From: a virus
Lineage: Duplodnaviria; Caudoviricetes
Length of the DNA: 64,000 nucleotides
Direction: 5' to 3' (one strand)
Virus record (IMG/VR): IMGVR_UViG_3300020050_016625
Coordinates: 32,001-96,000 of that record
The stretch's first letter is position 1. Each line of letters opens with the position of its first letter. The position numbers were made by a program, and so were the translations under genes. Below are positions 30,067 to 40,786 of the stretch, piece by piece. The notes below the pieces were generated by a model. It ran no database searches and was not told where the DNA came from. It saw nothing but the letters and a program-made list of their open reading frames with translations.

Positions 30067-30282
30067 TTATTGTGCCTCATTAGCAGATATATCAACATAT
30101 ACGGCTGTATGCCCCCATTCGCTAATGATAGCTTTAAACGCATCGTCCCTATTTACTGCATCTTTGCAAAATACAGTAAAAGTTCTACCTATTGCAGAAA
30201 ACACAAGGTTTGAATCTCCTTGCTTTATAATTTGTATTATATTTTCGCTATTAATAATAGATTTCTTTGTTTCGATTATCAT
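30067..30282 (-). CDS. Hypothetical protein
   Basis: 71 aa ORF. Confidence 0.55.
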   Translation of the reverse strand: MIIETKKSIINSENIIQIIKQGDSNLVFSAIGRTFTVFCKDAVNRDDAFKAIISEWGHTAVYVDISANEAQ

Positions 30283-30336
30283 ATAATTATATTTATAGTA
30301 GTAGTACCTTATCTATAAGGTACTACTACTTGATTG

Positions 30337-31842
30337 TTACACTACAATATTTGCTCCTGCAAATTGAGAATCTGTAATATCTAAGTCCGTAAGGATAGTT
30401 GTATTAACATAAATAGTTAGGTCAGATAAAACACAGCCTAAAAACACGCCGTCATTACCTGTTGTACTACCACATGTTGCCGCTAAATTACTAATATTTA
30501 CATTCAAAAGAGCAGAGCAATTTTTAAAAGCACTATCCCCTAAAGTAATAGCATTTGGCAAATTTGCATCAGTTAAACTCAAACAACCCTCAAATGCGTT
30601 TCGATTCACATCTAATGCAAATTGCAAGGTAATTGTTTCTAATGCCTCACAATCAGTAAAGCAATAATCACCCACTAATCCAATAGGGCTTAAATTTAAA
30701 ATGCTGAATATGTCCATGCTTGCACATAAAATACAGCCCATAAAACACTCCGTACCTGCACTATTTAATTTAGGGAATAAAAATGATGTAATTGCCTCGC
30801 AACCATAAAAACACCTATATCCTGCTAACTGTAAAGAATGTATATCAATAGTTGTTGCACTTGTACAGCCCTCAAATGTACTATTTCCACAAGATGTAGC
30901 AGATGGGAGAGTAAAGGTTGTAGCACTTGTACAGCCAGAAAACACATTATCTTGCAACGTAAGTGCGTTATTAAATTTAAATGATGTACAAGACGAGCAG
31001 TCCTTAAAGGTTGCATTAGGAATATTTGTCAATAGCGGCAAATCAAAAGAAGTAACAGATGAACAGCCCGAAAAAGAACCTTCGCCTACTTGTGTACAAT
31101 TTAAAAAACTAATCGCTATTAAATTGGTACAGTTTTGAAATGCAAAAGCACCCATTTCTGTTAGTGCTATTAAGCTGGCAGATGTAAGAGAAGCGCAACC
31201 CATAAAGCTCTCTTGCCCTAAAATAGTACACCCAGAGAATGTTACTTCTGTAACTACCGAGTTTTTGAAAGACTTATCTCCTAATGCTACTATTTTTGAA
31301 GAACTATCACTTACTTTTAGAACTTCTGTATCGTCCGAAAAAGCACTTGCATTTATTGAGATATTATTAAGTACATCAAATCGTACAGTATTTGTAACTA
31401 CTGAAAAGTTTATAATATCAGAAATACTTGATAAAGTGGAAACCCTTGTACTTATAAAATTATAAAAAGCCTGCTTAGTATTATAAGCATTGGTATTAAA
31501 CTCAATAACTATACCGCCCACAGGAATAGGTGAAAACAGAACAGCCTCAAATGTATTATTACCTACACTTACGTTTACAATTTCGCCACCATTAGGAACG
31601 CCTATACCGCTAAGCTCGTCAAACTCTCCATTATGATTTGCAATACCAATCAATGCGCTATCTGTAACGCCACCAACATCATCTACAATTTGCTTTGGAA
31701 AGAAATATGCCACCTTATTTTCAGTATCAAGTGGTAAATCTACGTTGTAGGTATTTACCATTTCATCAAAGTAAGATAATGCAAGCATTTCGCCTATATA
31801 ATAGGACGCTCGTTCTATAAATCTGTATAAGTAGTTTGCCAT
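30337..31842 (-). CDS. BspA-type leucine-rich repeat protein (paralogue 3)
   Basis: LRR_5-type repeats; same N-terminal domain and GANI C-cap as paralogues 1 and 2; start ATG 31842. Confidence 0.9.
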   Translation of the reverse strand: MANYLYRFIERASYYIGEMLALSYFDEMVNTYNVDLPLDTENKVAYFFPKQIVDDVGGVTDSALIGIANHNGEFDELSGIGVPNGGEIVNVSVGNNTFEAVLFSPIPVGGIVIEFNTNAYNTKQAFYNFISTRVSTLSSISDIINFSVVTNTVRFDVLNNISINASAFSDDTEVLKVSDSSSKIVALGDKSFKNSVVTEVTFSGCTILGQESFMGCASLTSASLIALTEMGAFAFQNCTNLIAISFLNCTQVGEGSFSGCSSVTSFDLPLLTNIPNATFKDCSSCTSFKFNNALTLQDNVFSGCTSATTFTLPSATSCGNSTFEGCTSATTIDIHSLQLAGYRCFYGCEAITSFLFPKLNSAGTECFMGCILCASMDIFSILNLSPIGLVGDYCFTDCEALETITLQFALDVNRNAFEGCLSLTDANLPNAITLGDSAFKNCSALLNVNISNLAATCGSTTGNDGVFLGCVLSDLTIYVNTTILTDLDITDSQFAGANIVV

Positions 31843-31893
31843 ATATACGATATTTTTCTGCAAAGTTATACCTTATATATGTAAGTCGCTATA

Positions 31894-32409
31894 TTAGCTA
31901 TTTTTAGGCTGTATTTCGCTATCTGTAATACAATGCGATTCTTTTATATCACTTTCTAAAATAGTGTATAAATCGGTTAAATCTGCTAATAATGAAATAG
32001 CGTTTTTATACGAATCTATAAATGGTTGTGGGTTTCTTTCTAAATCATTTAATAATTTGGTAGTTTTGCATGGATTTATGCTGATAATATGATAATCAAA
32101 CTTCAACGTATTTACGTTGTAACAGCATGTAGTATATGGTAGATTTGTTATGACAAACTCTTTATGTAAAATAATATAATCACTATCAATACTATTTGTT
32201 TCTTTTCCATTATTTAATAAGATAACATCTAAGGTAATTCCGTAAATATTACTCAAAATAGGTATATCTTTCTTTATATAGCCCCTTACTAATATTCTCC
32301 CATTACTTTCATATACAATTGCCAATCCCATCTTTTTAGCCTCGCTAATTAATGCAGGTGTTAATATGCCTGTATTTTTTAGTATTTTTTTAAACTCTTT
32401 AATACCCAT
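31894..32409 (-). CDS. Hypothetical protein (related to 32399..32845)
   Basis: ILVRGYIKKDIP versus LIVRGIITCDIP. Confidence 0.6.
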   Translation of the reverse strand: MGIKEFKKILKNTGILTPALISEAKKMGLAIVYESNGRILVRGYIKKDIPILSNIYGITLDVILLNNGKETNSIDSDYIILHKEFVITNLPYTTCCYNVNTLKFDYHIISINPCKTTKLLNDLERNPQPFIDSYKNAISLLADLTDLYTILESDIKESHCITDSEIQPKNS

Positions 32410-32845
32410 TTTGCTTTGTTTTTGGATTTATTCTTTTATTGATTCTCATTAGCGTATTACCTAAATAGGCATTTATTCCTATTGCACTCATTAATTCCTG
32501 AAACTTACCTTTTTTTGTAGTGTCCAAGTCAATAAGTGTAAATAGGGGCGTATAATTCTCATTAACGAATGTAGTAGTGAATAGGTTACTCATTATCTTT
32601 TTATTTTCGACATGAATAATATTCTTTGTAGGTAAGTCGCTGCTATCAAAAGAGTTGATTGGTAGTAATGAGTTGTTTTTGAGTTCAAAAAACATAGTTT
32701 CTTTTACAGGAATATCGCAGGTAATTATACCCCTAACGATAAGCATTTTATTCATTACCTGCATAGCAATATAGTTTGCAGGTATATCACAGCTATAAAT
32801 GTCGGTACTATGTGTTTCGTATATGTGTAAAGCTAATTCAATCAT
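32399..32845 (-). CDS. Hypothetical protein
   Basis: ORF; class I-like promoter at 32864-32887 (minus). Confidence 0.6.
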   Translation of the reverse strand: MIELALHIYETHSTDIYSCDIPANYIAMQVMNKMLIVRGIITCDIPVKETMFFELKNNSLLPINSFDSSDLPTKNIIHVENKKIMSNLFTTTFVNENYTPLFTLIDLDTTKKGKFQELMSAIGINAYLGNTLMRINKRINPKTKQNGY

Positions 32846-32944
32846 AATTAAGTTTTCACTATAAACGATTTTTAAGCTGCGTTTGTTTATGCAAACAAAA
32901 TGCCCGAAATTTGGTTATATAGATATAATTATAATCAATTTATT

Positions 32945-33844
32945 GTGAATTTACTTACTAAATTTTCGGGTGTTAAGCAGGTAGCTGTTTTTGATACGCT
33001 TTGCGACAAAGACAAAGAGACATTAATGATTATACAAGATAATTTTAATGCAGAAATGGACTATCTTAATGCTACATATAAGCATTTGAATGATATTCCA
33101 AGCCTAATTGATATGCCATACTGCAAAAATAAGAACCAAAAAAGCTACAATAGTTTTAAGACAATCATTATGCAAGCCGTTGAAAATGCAGAAAAAACGA
33201 TTGCAGCAGCAAAAAAGAATTTTATTAATAATATCATATATTATTTTGAAACAACCTATTTAATTAAAACACCTATTCCTGTAATACATGAGCATAGAAC
33301 CTATACAAGCGACCCAATTGCAAAAGCATATATTTCTTTATTAGAAAATCCAGAAATTGAACCCATTTTGATGTTTATTCAAATGCAAAATAATGGCTTA
33401 TCTTTTTTCGATAAGGGGATGAGAAATGTAATAGATGCTGCAAAAGGCTGTATATACAGAAAAGCAAATGCAGTATTGAAGGCAAACAAAATAGAGTTTC
33501 CTGATAGGGCGAGATATACAAATAATTATGGTATTGATAGCAAACTAAAAATCAAAAATGACTGCAATTCACGCAAAATAGTAGCTGCATTGTATTCATG
33601 GGAGTTTCGCAGTTTTGGTATGTCAAGACCTTGCGAGGGCGATATGAATAGCATTTTAGCAGATTCGTATGATAGTGGTTTTGTGAACTTTCAAAATACT
33701 TACTCATTAAGACCACATGTAAAGGCACTGTCTTTGAAGTATTACAAAAATGGTAAATTCATAATCACATTTGATAGCAATGAATCTGCATACGCTTTTT
33801 ATGAGTTTTGCGAGTTTGATACATTACAGGAAGGTACTTGGTAA
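32945..33844 (+). CDS. Hypothetical protein with DUF4942-like C-terminus
   Basis: LKYYKNGKFIITF; probable GTG start after class II promoter at 32894. Confidence 0.55.
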   Translation: MNLLTKFSGVKQVAVFDTLCDKDKETLMIIQDNFNAEMDYLNATYKHLNDIPSLIDMPYCKNKNQKSYNSFKTIIMQAVENAEKTIAAAKKNFINNIIYYFETTYLIKTPIPVIHEHRTYTSDPIAKAYISLLENPEIEPILMFIQMQNNGLSFFDKGMRNVIDAAKGCIYRKANAVLKANKIEFPDRARYTNNYGIDSKLKIKNDCNSRKIVAALYSWEFRSFGMSRPCEGDMNSILADSYDSGFVNFQNTYSLRPHVKALSLKYYKNGKFIITFDSNESAYAFYEFCEFDTLQEGTW

Positions 33845-33861
33845 AAAATAGCTTAAAAGAG

Positions 33862-33897
33862 AACACCCGTTACAATTACTTGCAACGGGTGTTTTTT
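33862..33897. terminator. Bidirectional terminator
   Basis: AACACCCGTTACAA..TTGCAACGGGTGTTTTT. Confidence 0.8.
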
Positions 33898-34759
33898 ATT
33901 CGATAACTTTCATTTCTTTTATAAACTCTATTTCCTTTTTTAGCTTTTCTATCCTGTATATTAGCATATTTCTTTCGCATTGTTCTTTACTATTTAATTT
34001 GCGTACCATGCCATTCTTTTTCAAATACTTTTTCGCAGTTTCACAAATGTTATCTATTTGCTTTTCATTGTACGCTATTACAGTCTCCTTACTTTTTACA
34101 TACTTAAAATAATGGCTATAAACAAGCATTGTAGCCGTTTCTTTATCTGTAACTTCAAAGCCAAACTGCTTGTGAATATCAAGTATTTGGCGCAATGTGT
34201 AGGTAACATAATCGAAAATACGAATAGTACCTATTTTCTGTAAAGTAGTATGTAATTCTACTTCGTAATCTAACGTATTTGCGATACTCAATACTTCTTT
34301 CATGTACTCTAATCTTTCATTGTAGGCTGCTTTAATTGCCGTATTTTCGCATGTAGCAATAGATTCAATTAACGCATCTACTTCTGTTTTTACATTCTCT
34401 TTGCACTTCAAAGATAACGCCTTTTCTTTTGCGTTTTTGTCGCTTAGTTTTGGCGCAAATTTTAATATCAATTTAGGCTTATCGCTTTTTCCCTTGCTGT
34501 CTTTTGGGTAGTCCTTAGAAAACGTTTCAATCAATTCTTTTATATGCCCTACATTAAATTGATTATCATAGAAATAGATAAACGCCTTAAATTTGAAACC
34601 ACCAAAAGGATTTAGCCATGCTGTGTAGTTATTTTCAAATTGCGTAAAACCCAAATTAATTAGTTCTTTTGGGGCTGTTTTGATGTCTTTGCAGATAGTT
34701 ACTATCTTATTAAGTAACACTAAAATGACATCTTTTTGTTGTAAAAACGTTAATTCCAT
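33896..34759 (-). CDS. Hypothetical protein
   Basis: 287 aa; class I promoter at 34791-34813 (minus). Confidence 0.7.
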   Translation of the reverse strand: MELTFLQQKDVILVLLNKIVTICKDIKTAPKELINLGFTQFENNYTAWLNPFGGFKFKAFIYFYDNQFNVGHIKELIETFSKDYPKDSKGKSDKPKLILKFAPKLSDKNAKEKALSLKCKENVKTEVDALIESIATCENTAIKAAYNERLEYMKEVLSIANTLDYEVELHTTLQKIGTIRIFDYVTYTLRQILDIHKQFGFEVTDKETATMLVYSHYFKYVKSKETVIAYNEKQIDNICETAKKYLKKNGMVRKLNSKEQCERNMLIYRIEKLKKEIEFIKEMKVIE

Positions 34760-34933
34760 AATAAATTTAGTTATTGATTATATATATTTATACGCATAAA
34801 AGCGAAATAAGTTTTGATTTTAAACATTTTTTTTGATAAATTTGTTTATAGCTTATCGTAACTATCTGCGAAGGCTGATACTACTTACATTTGTGAGCAA
34901 GTCAGCCGTTTTATTCAATAATCAATATATAAA

Positions 34934-35521
34934 ATGAGAAATTTAGTTTACTATTTCAAAGAAGGCACTTTCCTGTTTAGCGAAAATTGGCTACAATACG
35001 TAAAAGAGTTGAAAGAAACTGCTTGTATGGCAGATAAAACGCTATTTGTTTTTGCTATTCCTAATCATAACGGCAAAATAAATGCTAATTTGGTGGCAAA
35101 AGTAGAAAATGCAATAAATGGTGCAAGCGATATTGATAGCTATATTGCGCAAAATGAAAAACTAACTACTTCTTTGCGCTATTTTGAGGCTGCAAATAAA
35201 TCTGACAATATGATTATTGAGGCACTAAAAAAAGAAATTGAGGAATTGAAAGAAGCGAAAAAAGAAGCAAAGATATTTGAAAATAAACTCACAAAAGCAG
35301 AGAAACAACTTGGTGAGTTTAAAGACGATATTTCAACTTTGCGAGCCACAAATGCCTTTTTAAAGCAGGAAATAGCGAAAGACGTAACGCAAAATGCTAT
35401 GTATATAGAGTTAGGTAAGAAACTAAACAGCAGAAGTATGGAGTTATCGCAAGTCAAAAAAGAAAATGGCATTTTAAAAGCTAATAATCAACTTTTAACC
35501 AATAAGCTAAATGAAAGATAA
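34934..35521 (+). CDS. Coiled-coil hypothetical protein
   Basis: ORF after TACATTTG. Confidence 0.65.
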   Translation: MRNLVYYFKEGTFLFSENWLQYVKELKETACMADKTLFVFAIPNHNGKINANLVAKVENAINGASDIDSYIAQNEKLTTSLRYFEAANKSDNMIIEALKKEIEELKEAKKEAKIFENKLTKAEKQLGEFKDDISTLRATNAFLKQEIAKDVTQNAMYIELGKKLNSRSMELSQVKKENGILKANNQLLTNKLNER

Positions 35522-35726
35522 ATTTTATAATCAGCAAACGCCTAATTATTTCGGGTGTAACAGTCATTTTGGCGATGTTTTCACGTTATCGGAAAAAGAC
35601 TTAGAAGAAATTGCAAAATATAAGCAACAACATGAAAACGCTAAAAGCGAAAAACAATATGCCTACGATGAGAACGGCAATAAAATTGAAATGACAGAAC
35701 ATTTTTTGCCACCGTTTACAGCATGA
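35511..35726 (+). CDS. Hypothetical protein
   Basis: ORF. Confidence 0.5.
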   Translation: MKDKFYNQQTPNYFGCNSHFGDVFTLSEKDLEEIAKYKQQHENAKSEKQYAYDENGNKIEMTEHFLPPFTA

Positions 35727-35907
35727 TAATAGTAGAAAAAGACTTTAATACTATGCTTGGTAGCACTTTTATTTTTGATAATGAATTAGAAAGTGTAAGT
35801 ATAAGCGATAAGGTAGTAGTCAATGCCAAACAACATACTTGAAAACGAAATAACCTTGCATCTTTTAGAGAAAAACGAATTAGATACTTTCAAAACATTA
35901 TTTCCAA

Positions 35908-36312
35908 ATGAAAACGCTTAATCTTGTAGTTAATGCTTACTTTTTCGATATGCTTGCAAGTAAACAGAAGAATATCGAATATAGGGCAATTGGTAAACAT
36001 TGGCTAAACAGACTTTTAAAAAAAGACACAGCACTATATAATGGTTTAGTGGATTTTAACGCCTATCATTTAGCAGGGGAGACTGTAAAGTTGGCAGATT
36101 TAAAGTATGACTTCAAAAGCGTTACTTTTCAATTAGCGTATAAAGCAGATGCAAAGCGTATCACTTTTGAATTTGATAAGCTAATGTTTGATTACCCTAT
36201 AAAGGCGCAAATATTAGCAAAGAATGACAAAGATAACGTTTTTGATAAATCCTATTTATACGATATTCTTTTCTGCATACATTTGGGGAAAGAAATAAGC
36301 AGAAACTTTTGA
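35908..36312 (+). CDS. ASCH-domain protein
   Basis: TLNLVVNAYFFDMLASKQKNIEYR...FQLAY...CIHLG. Confidence 0.75.
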   Translation: MKTLNLVVNAYFFDMLASKQKNIEYRAIGKHWLNRLLKKDTALYNGLVDFNAYHLAGETVKLADLKYDFKSVTFQLAYKADAKRITFEFDKLMFDYPIKAQILAKNDKDNVFDKSYLYDILFCIHLGKEISRNF

Positions 36313-36371
36313 TAAAAAAAACGGTTGCAAACAATTTGCAACCGTTTTTTGTTAGGAATAAAAATAATGAT

Positions 36372-36839
36372 ATGAGAAATGAATTAAAACAGATACTTGG
36401 TAGGACAGATTCGAGACTACTAATTAACTTTATGCAGGAATATGTCCCTATTAAGGCTAATTTTATTATGAAAAAACTACCAATTGGCGATAAGCTATTG
36501 CAGGTTTTAAATGAGGATATGCAAGAGTTTTTAGGCTATCACAAAGATAAGCCCGTTTTTGCTATGATTAAAAAAGTATTGCTTACTATTAACTTGCATG
36601 ATTTATTACCCTTTTGGGCTAATATCTATAATGACAGAAAAGCGCAAAAAAAACAAGTAAATGCAAAGCCTATTATTGAGAGAAAAGACAACGGCACTTT
36701 TAAAAATAAGGGTAGCGGTTACGGTAATAGTAATAGAAACAAAATACGCTATCCTAAAAAGTGTAGAAAAACAGCATGGAAAAGATTTTACCGATTATTC
36801 CCACATTTAGATAAAACTAATGAGAAAATTACTAATTGA
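36372..36839 (+). CDS. Hypothetical protein
   Basis: Likely start MRNELK after terminator/promoter at 36314-36354. Confidence 0.6.
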   Translation: MRNELKQILGRTDSRLLINFMQEYVPIKANFIMKKLPIGDKLLQVLNEDMQEFLGYHKDKPVFAMIKKVLLTINLHDLLPFWANIYNDRKAQKKQVNAKPIIERKDNGTFKNKGSGYGNSNRNKIRYPKKCRKTAWKRFYRLFPHLDKTNEKITN

Positions 36840-37200
36840 AAGTGCCGCCTTTAATTTAGCATTAGAAGGCGATAAATTCATTGCGTACCGTTCAAATGAA
36901 GGCGTTTCAAGAAACTGTTATTGTAAAGACTGTTATATAGATGCAGCCTACAATAACGCAGAAAGTGAGTTAAATAGACTTACTAAAAACGATTATTCCT
37001 ACTTAGAAGGCAATATAAGCGAAGTCGTTTTAGGAATGTTGGATAGTGCGCTTTACGACAAACAAATGATTAAGGAAAATATACACCTTCTTTTCCCTTA
37101 TTTCAAAAGCGATATAAATTTACGCATAGCATTTATTATGCAGTTAGATTTTAACAAACACGATAAAAACTACAATTTACTTAACTATGAGGTTATATAA
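36820..37200 (+). CDS. Hypothetical protein
   Basis: Coupled ORF. Confidence 0.6.
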   Translation: MRKLLIESAAFNLALEGDKFIAYRSNEGVSRNCYCKDCYIDAAYNNAESELNRLTKNDYSYLEGNISEVVLGMLDSALYDKQMIKENIHLLFPYFKSDINLRIAFIMQLDFNKHDKNYNLLNYEVI

Positions 37201-37672
37201 TGTTTTTAATGGAAATATTGATAGTAAAACTATTGTAATGGAGTGCTTTACTAACATTTGCTATATTGCACCAAATTTTACTGAAAAACACTATCATTCT
37301 TTGTTTAAATATTTTACGGAAAAGTTTGGAGAGCCTGAATGTTCATTAGATGCAAAGTTTTGGAGACTACCGCTAAAGCATGGTTTCTTTCTTGAAATCA
37401 TGTTTAGTAGATATGGTTTTTATTTCGATATTTTAACTCCCAAAAAAGAAATTATATCTTATTCTCAATACGAAAATGGTAGGCATATAGGCGCAAAAAG
37501 AAAGAATGAATGGGCTACTAATAAAGATATTAACTATGAATATTTAGCTCATAGATATGGATTTGCAAGCTCCTGTTACAGATACGCAAAACGCATTTAT
37601 AGAAAAGAAGTACAAAAAATAGCAAACGACTATAAAGCATATATTTATGAAAAACTACACAGTAGCAATTAA
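37187..37672 (+). CDS. Hypothetical protein
   Basis: Coupled ORF. Confidence 0.6.
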   Translation: MRLYNVFNGNIDSKTIVMECFTNICYIAPNFTEKHYHSLFKYFTEKFGEPECSLDAKFWRLPLKHGFFLEIMFSRYGFYFDILTPKKEIISYSQYENGRHIGAKRKNEWATNKDINYEYLAHRYGFASSCYRYAKRIYRKEVQKIANDYKAYIYEKLHSSN

Positions 37673-37919
37673 CGCTTATTTCCATTCAAGCATACGCATT
37701 TACTATATTGATAGCGATGATATATTAGCAGCTATAAAACGGGCTTTAATCATATTCATACGTGAAACTATGAATATGTATCATATAGGCAAAGAACCGC
37801 TAATAAAAGAAGTAAGGAATATTAATAGTTTAGAATATCTAATGTCATTCCTGAAAAACAATTCTATCAACTGCACATTTCAAGAAATACCAAATTGTAT
37901 AAATGGCACTTTTGCCTAA
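37647..37919 (+). CDS. YTVA-family paralogue 1
   Basis: MKNYTVAIN..IRIYYIDS. Confidence 0.7.
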   Translation: MKNYTVAINAYFHSSIRIYYIDSDDILAAIKRALIIFIRETMNMYHIGKEPLIKEVRNINSLEYLMSFLKNNSINCTFQEIPNCINGTFA

Positions 37920-37929
37920 TAATTAAAGT

Positions 37930-38301
37930 ATGAAAAAATACACCGTTGCTTTAAATGCAGATTTTTGCATGGAAATATGTATCTACCACGTAGATAGTGA
38001 AAATGAATTTGAGGCTAAAAAGAAGGCTATTATTCAATTCCTGACTGAAAAAATGAATCCTAATTACCAATATAAGGATTTAATATTGCAGCAAGTAACC
38101 GCTTACAAAAATGTTGAAAGTTTAGGTATATTTATCTACAATAATGTGATAAATATTTCTATTCAAGAAACGCCAGTAAATGTAGAAACTATGCCACTTT
38201 GGAAATTTATTCAAAGAGAAGACTTGATAAAAGGAAATGGCTTAATAAACCTAAACAACAAAAATTGGTCAAACGGTTTTGATAAAATAAATGTAGAATA
38301 A
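37930..38301 (+). CDS. YTVA-family paralogue 2
   Basis: MKKYTVALN..ICIYHVDS. Confidence 0.7.
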   Translation: MKKYTVALNADFCMEICIYHVDSENEFEAKKKAIIQFLTEKMNPNYQYKDLILQQVTAYKNVESLGIFIYNNVINISIQETPVNVETMPLWKFIQREDLIKGNGLINLNNKNWSNGFDKINVE

Positions 38302-38302
38302 T

Positions 38303-38644
38303 ATGACAAATTACACAGTAGCGATTAATGGGAGTTACCATATATCATTTGGGATTAGCCCTAAAATAGAAATATACTTTGTTTGTGCAGATAGCAAAGT
38401 AAAAGCATTGAAATACGCTACATCTTTGTTGATAGATAGCATAAAGCAAAAAGTAGATAAAAGTTATTTAACAGTAATTACAGCTAAAATAGATAGTTTT
38501 TTAGAAAACAAAAGTAGTAAGGCCGTATATAATGAAAATGCAGATGTATTGCGATTTACGCAGATGCTTAATGAATTTGGCTTAAATATTTCAATTACAG
38601 AAACACTTTACAAAGAAGGCTATGACAATGGTGGTACAAAATAA
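38303..38644 (+). CDS. YTVA-family paralogue 3
   Basis: MTNYTVAIN..IEIYFVCADS. Confidence 0.7.
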   Translation: MTNYTVAINGSYHISFGISPKIEIYFVCADSKVKALKYATSLLIDSIKQKVDKSYLTVITAKIDSFLENKSSKAVYNENADVLRFTQMLNEFGLNISITETLYKEGYDNGGTK

Positions 38645-38987
38645 ACTCGCAAAAGTAGAAATACTTTTACATGAAAATAACGTTACGGGTTTATCTCATT
38701 ACAAATTGAGAGAAACAGAAGCCTTTAATGCTGTATTGGTAATAAGTGAGGTGTTTTATATGCCTGATAAAACAATGGCGTTTTTGCCTGTAATTTCTGT
38801 TAATATCACAATAGATAAGCAATACTTTGAAGTACATGAGTATTGTTCCGCTTATTTCGTTACATTGAAAGATAGTTATAGTGTTTTATTGAATAAGTTT
38901 TTGGAGAGTTACGAAAACATATTTCATATACCACGCTATCCATGTTATTTTTTGCATTATAAGGAATGGATTCAATATACTACATAA
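38622..38987 (+). CDS. Hypothetical protein
   Basis: ORF. Confidence 0.55.
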   Translation: MTMVVQNKLAKVEILLHENNVTGLSHYKLRETEAFNAVLVISEVFYMPDKTMAFLPVISVNITIDKQYFEVHEYCSAYFVTLKDSYSVLLNKFLESYENIFHIPRYPCYFLHYKEWIQYTT

Positions 38988-39131
38988 GTGTATGGAGTTT
39001 ATATATAGCGGCAAAAGAATTAAATGCAGACAAATTAGCTTGCTATGAATTAATGAATAATATAAACCAAAATGTAGGGAATAAGTTCTTTTATTCATTT
39101 TTTAACCGTATCAAAACAGATATTTTTACGT

Positions 39132-39590
39132 ATGAATGATATTCAAGTCTTACTAAACAAAACAAAAAAGGCTGCAAAAAAATACAAGCCTAAACAGGAA
39201 GCAAATTGGGTTTCCTATTACGATAAAGAAGGTTATACACATACCTTTGAAGACTTAAATGATTATACTTACTGCGAAAGTTGTATAGCGGGGGCAATAA
39301 GCGATGCCGAAAAAATGGAACTGCCCGATGATTTTGCAGAAATGATTTATCAAACTGAAACAAGTGTAGAAAAAGAAAATTTTCTAACTTGTGAAACGTG
39401 TGGCGAAATAATCAGCTGTTCAAGTATCATTACCATGCAAGAAATACAGCATTGGTTAAACTTAGAAAAGTTTGATATTACAGACATTAAAGACTGCTAC
39501 GAATTACACGTAGTATTACTTGAAGGTAAGCATGAATTTGAAAAGGAATGTAAATTGATAGCAAAGCATATCCTTAGTTTAATAGCATAA
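39132..39590 (+). CDS. Zn-finger-like protein (CESC...CETC)
   Basis: Two CxxC motifs. Confidence 0.65.
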   Translation: MNDIQVLLNKTKKAAKKYKPKQEANWVSYYDKEGYTHTFEDLNDYTYCESCIAGAISDAEKMELPDDFAEMIYQTETSVEKENFLTCETCGEIISCSSIITMQEIQHWLNLEKFDITDIKDCYELHVVLLEGKHEFEKECKLIAKHILSLIA

Positions 39591-39765
39591 AATTAGCCCC
39601 AAACAAACGCTATTTGGGGCTAATTTTACTTACAATCTGTGAAAACGCTTATTACTTTTTGTCCTGTTATCTCATATCTGCATATTTCTATGTTTGAATA
39701 GATAGGGGTAAATTGCAAGCATTTAATCAAACACATATTTTTAGCTACCATAATAAAAAAACATA

Positions 39766-40218
39766 ATGAAATACATTAGATTCAAGTTTTACGGCAAAAT
39801 ATGGAAATACAGGGCTGTATTTGCGGCATTTACTAAAGAGATTTTTAGGGCATACCCTATCTATCAAACAGAAAGTGATTGTTTACATGAGGTAGATTTG
39901 AATATCCCAAAAAGAGAAGGTGCGTATGTGGTTGTGTTTGGTAGAAATGACAGAAAAATGGTTTTCTGCATTAATGGCATTTTTTACTATTATACAGCAT
40001 ACACCGAACCGCTTTTTGCAGATATAGAAAAGCCTATAAATCCTATTATAAATGTAAATGACTGCTATTTGAATATGCAGGGCATAGCAAGGAAGAATTA
40101 TGAAATACAATTTAAGCGATTAATCGAAGGAAGCCAAAGACTTGTTTATAAAGCAGATTTTAGATTAAGATTAATATTTTTCAAAAGAAGGAAAAAACAT
40201 AAAACTTTAATTAGTTAA
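39766..40218 (+). CDS. Hypothetical protein
   Basis: ORF. Confidence 0.6.
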   Translation: MKYIRFKFYGKIWKYRAVFAAFTKEIFRAYPIYQTESDCLHEVDLNIPKREGAYVVVFGRNDRKMVFCINGIFYYYTAYTEPLFADIEKPINPIINVNDCYLNMQGIARKNYEIQFKRLIEGSQRLVYKADFRLRLIFFKRRKKHKTLIS

Positions 40219-40244
40219 TTGCGTATAAGTGTAATACAAAGGGC

Positions 40245-40272
40245 GCAACCGAAAACCCAAAATAGAGTAGGT
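40245..40272 (+). promoter_or_regulatory. Conserved 5'-leader RNA motif RCC-GAA...AGUA-GGY
   Basis: Also at 50561-50588 and 51004-51032; each follows a class I promoter. Confidence 0.55.
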
Positions 40273-40295
40273 ATTATTTCAATGTAAAATTTATT

Positions 40296-40628
40296 ATGAA
40301 TGACTTATTTTACCACCAAGCTACAAAAGTATTATTTTGGGTAGCAGGTTATTGCGGAAATAGCAATAACGTACAAGAAATTATTAATGAATATAAAAAA
40401 GATGCGAAAAAACTCGCAGATTTAGCAGGCATTACGTTTGAAACAATAAAAACCGCAGAAATACCAAAATCAAGTAGGTATAAGTACATGAGAGTGTATT
40501 ATATAGAAGACTTTGATAGCGCAAAAATACAGGATAAAGACGAGCATTATAAAAAAATGGGTAATCAATCAGTATTCATGCTTACAAAAGAAAACTTTAA
40601 AAGCATGTGGGAGTGGTTAGAAAATTAA
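40296..40628 (+). CDS. Hypothetical protein
   Basis: ORF. Confidence 0.65.
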   Translation: MNDLFYHQATKVLFWVAGYCGNSNNVQEIINEYKKDAKKLADLAGITFETIKTAEIPKSSRYKYMRVYYIEDFDSAKIQDKDEHYKKMGNQSVFMLTKENFKSMWEWLEN

Positions 40629-40786
40629 ACCTAAATGCAGCTAAATTTAACCATTTAGCTGCATTTTTCACAAAATACCTACATGAATATGTAGTTTCTA
40701 TATAATTATTTTTTTTATCCAAAATAACCCTATATCTTTGTGCAAGCAATAAGGGAAATAAATTCCTTATTCAAACAACTAAAACG

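Noticed and set aside
20128-31842. Diversity-generating retroelement or invertase shuffling of LRR genes
   Set aside because: No reverse transcriptase, recombinase or adenine-specific TR/VR pair seen in the window
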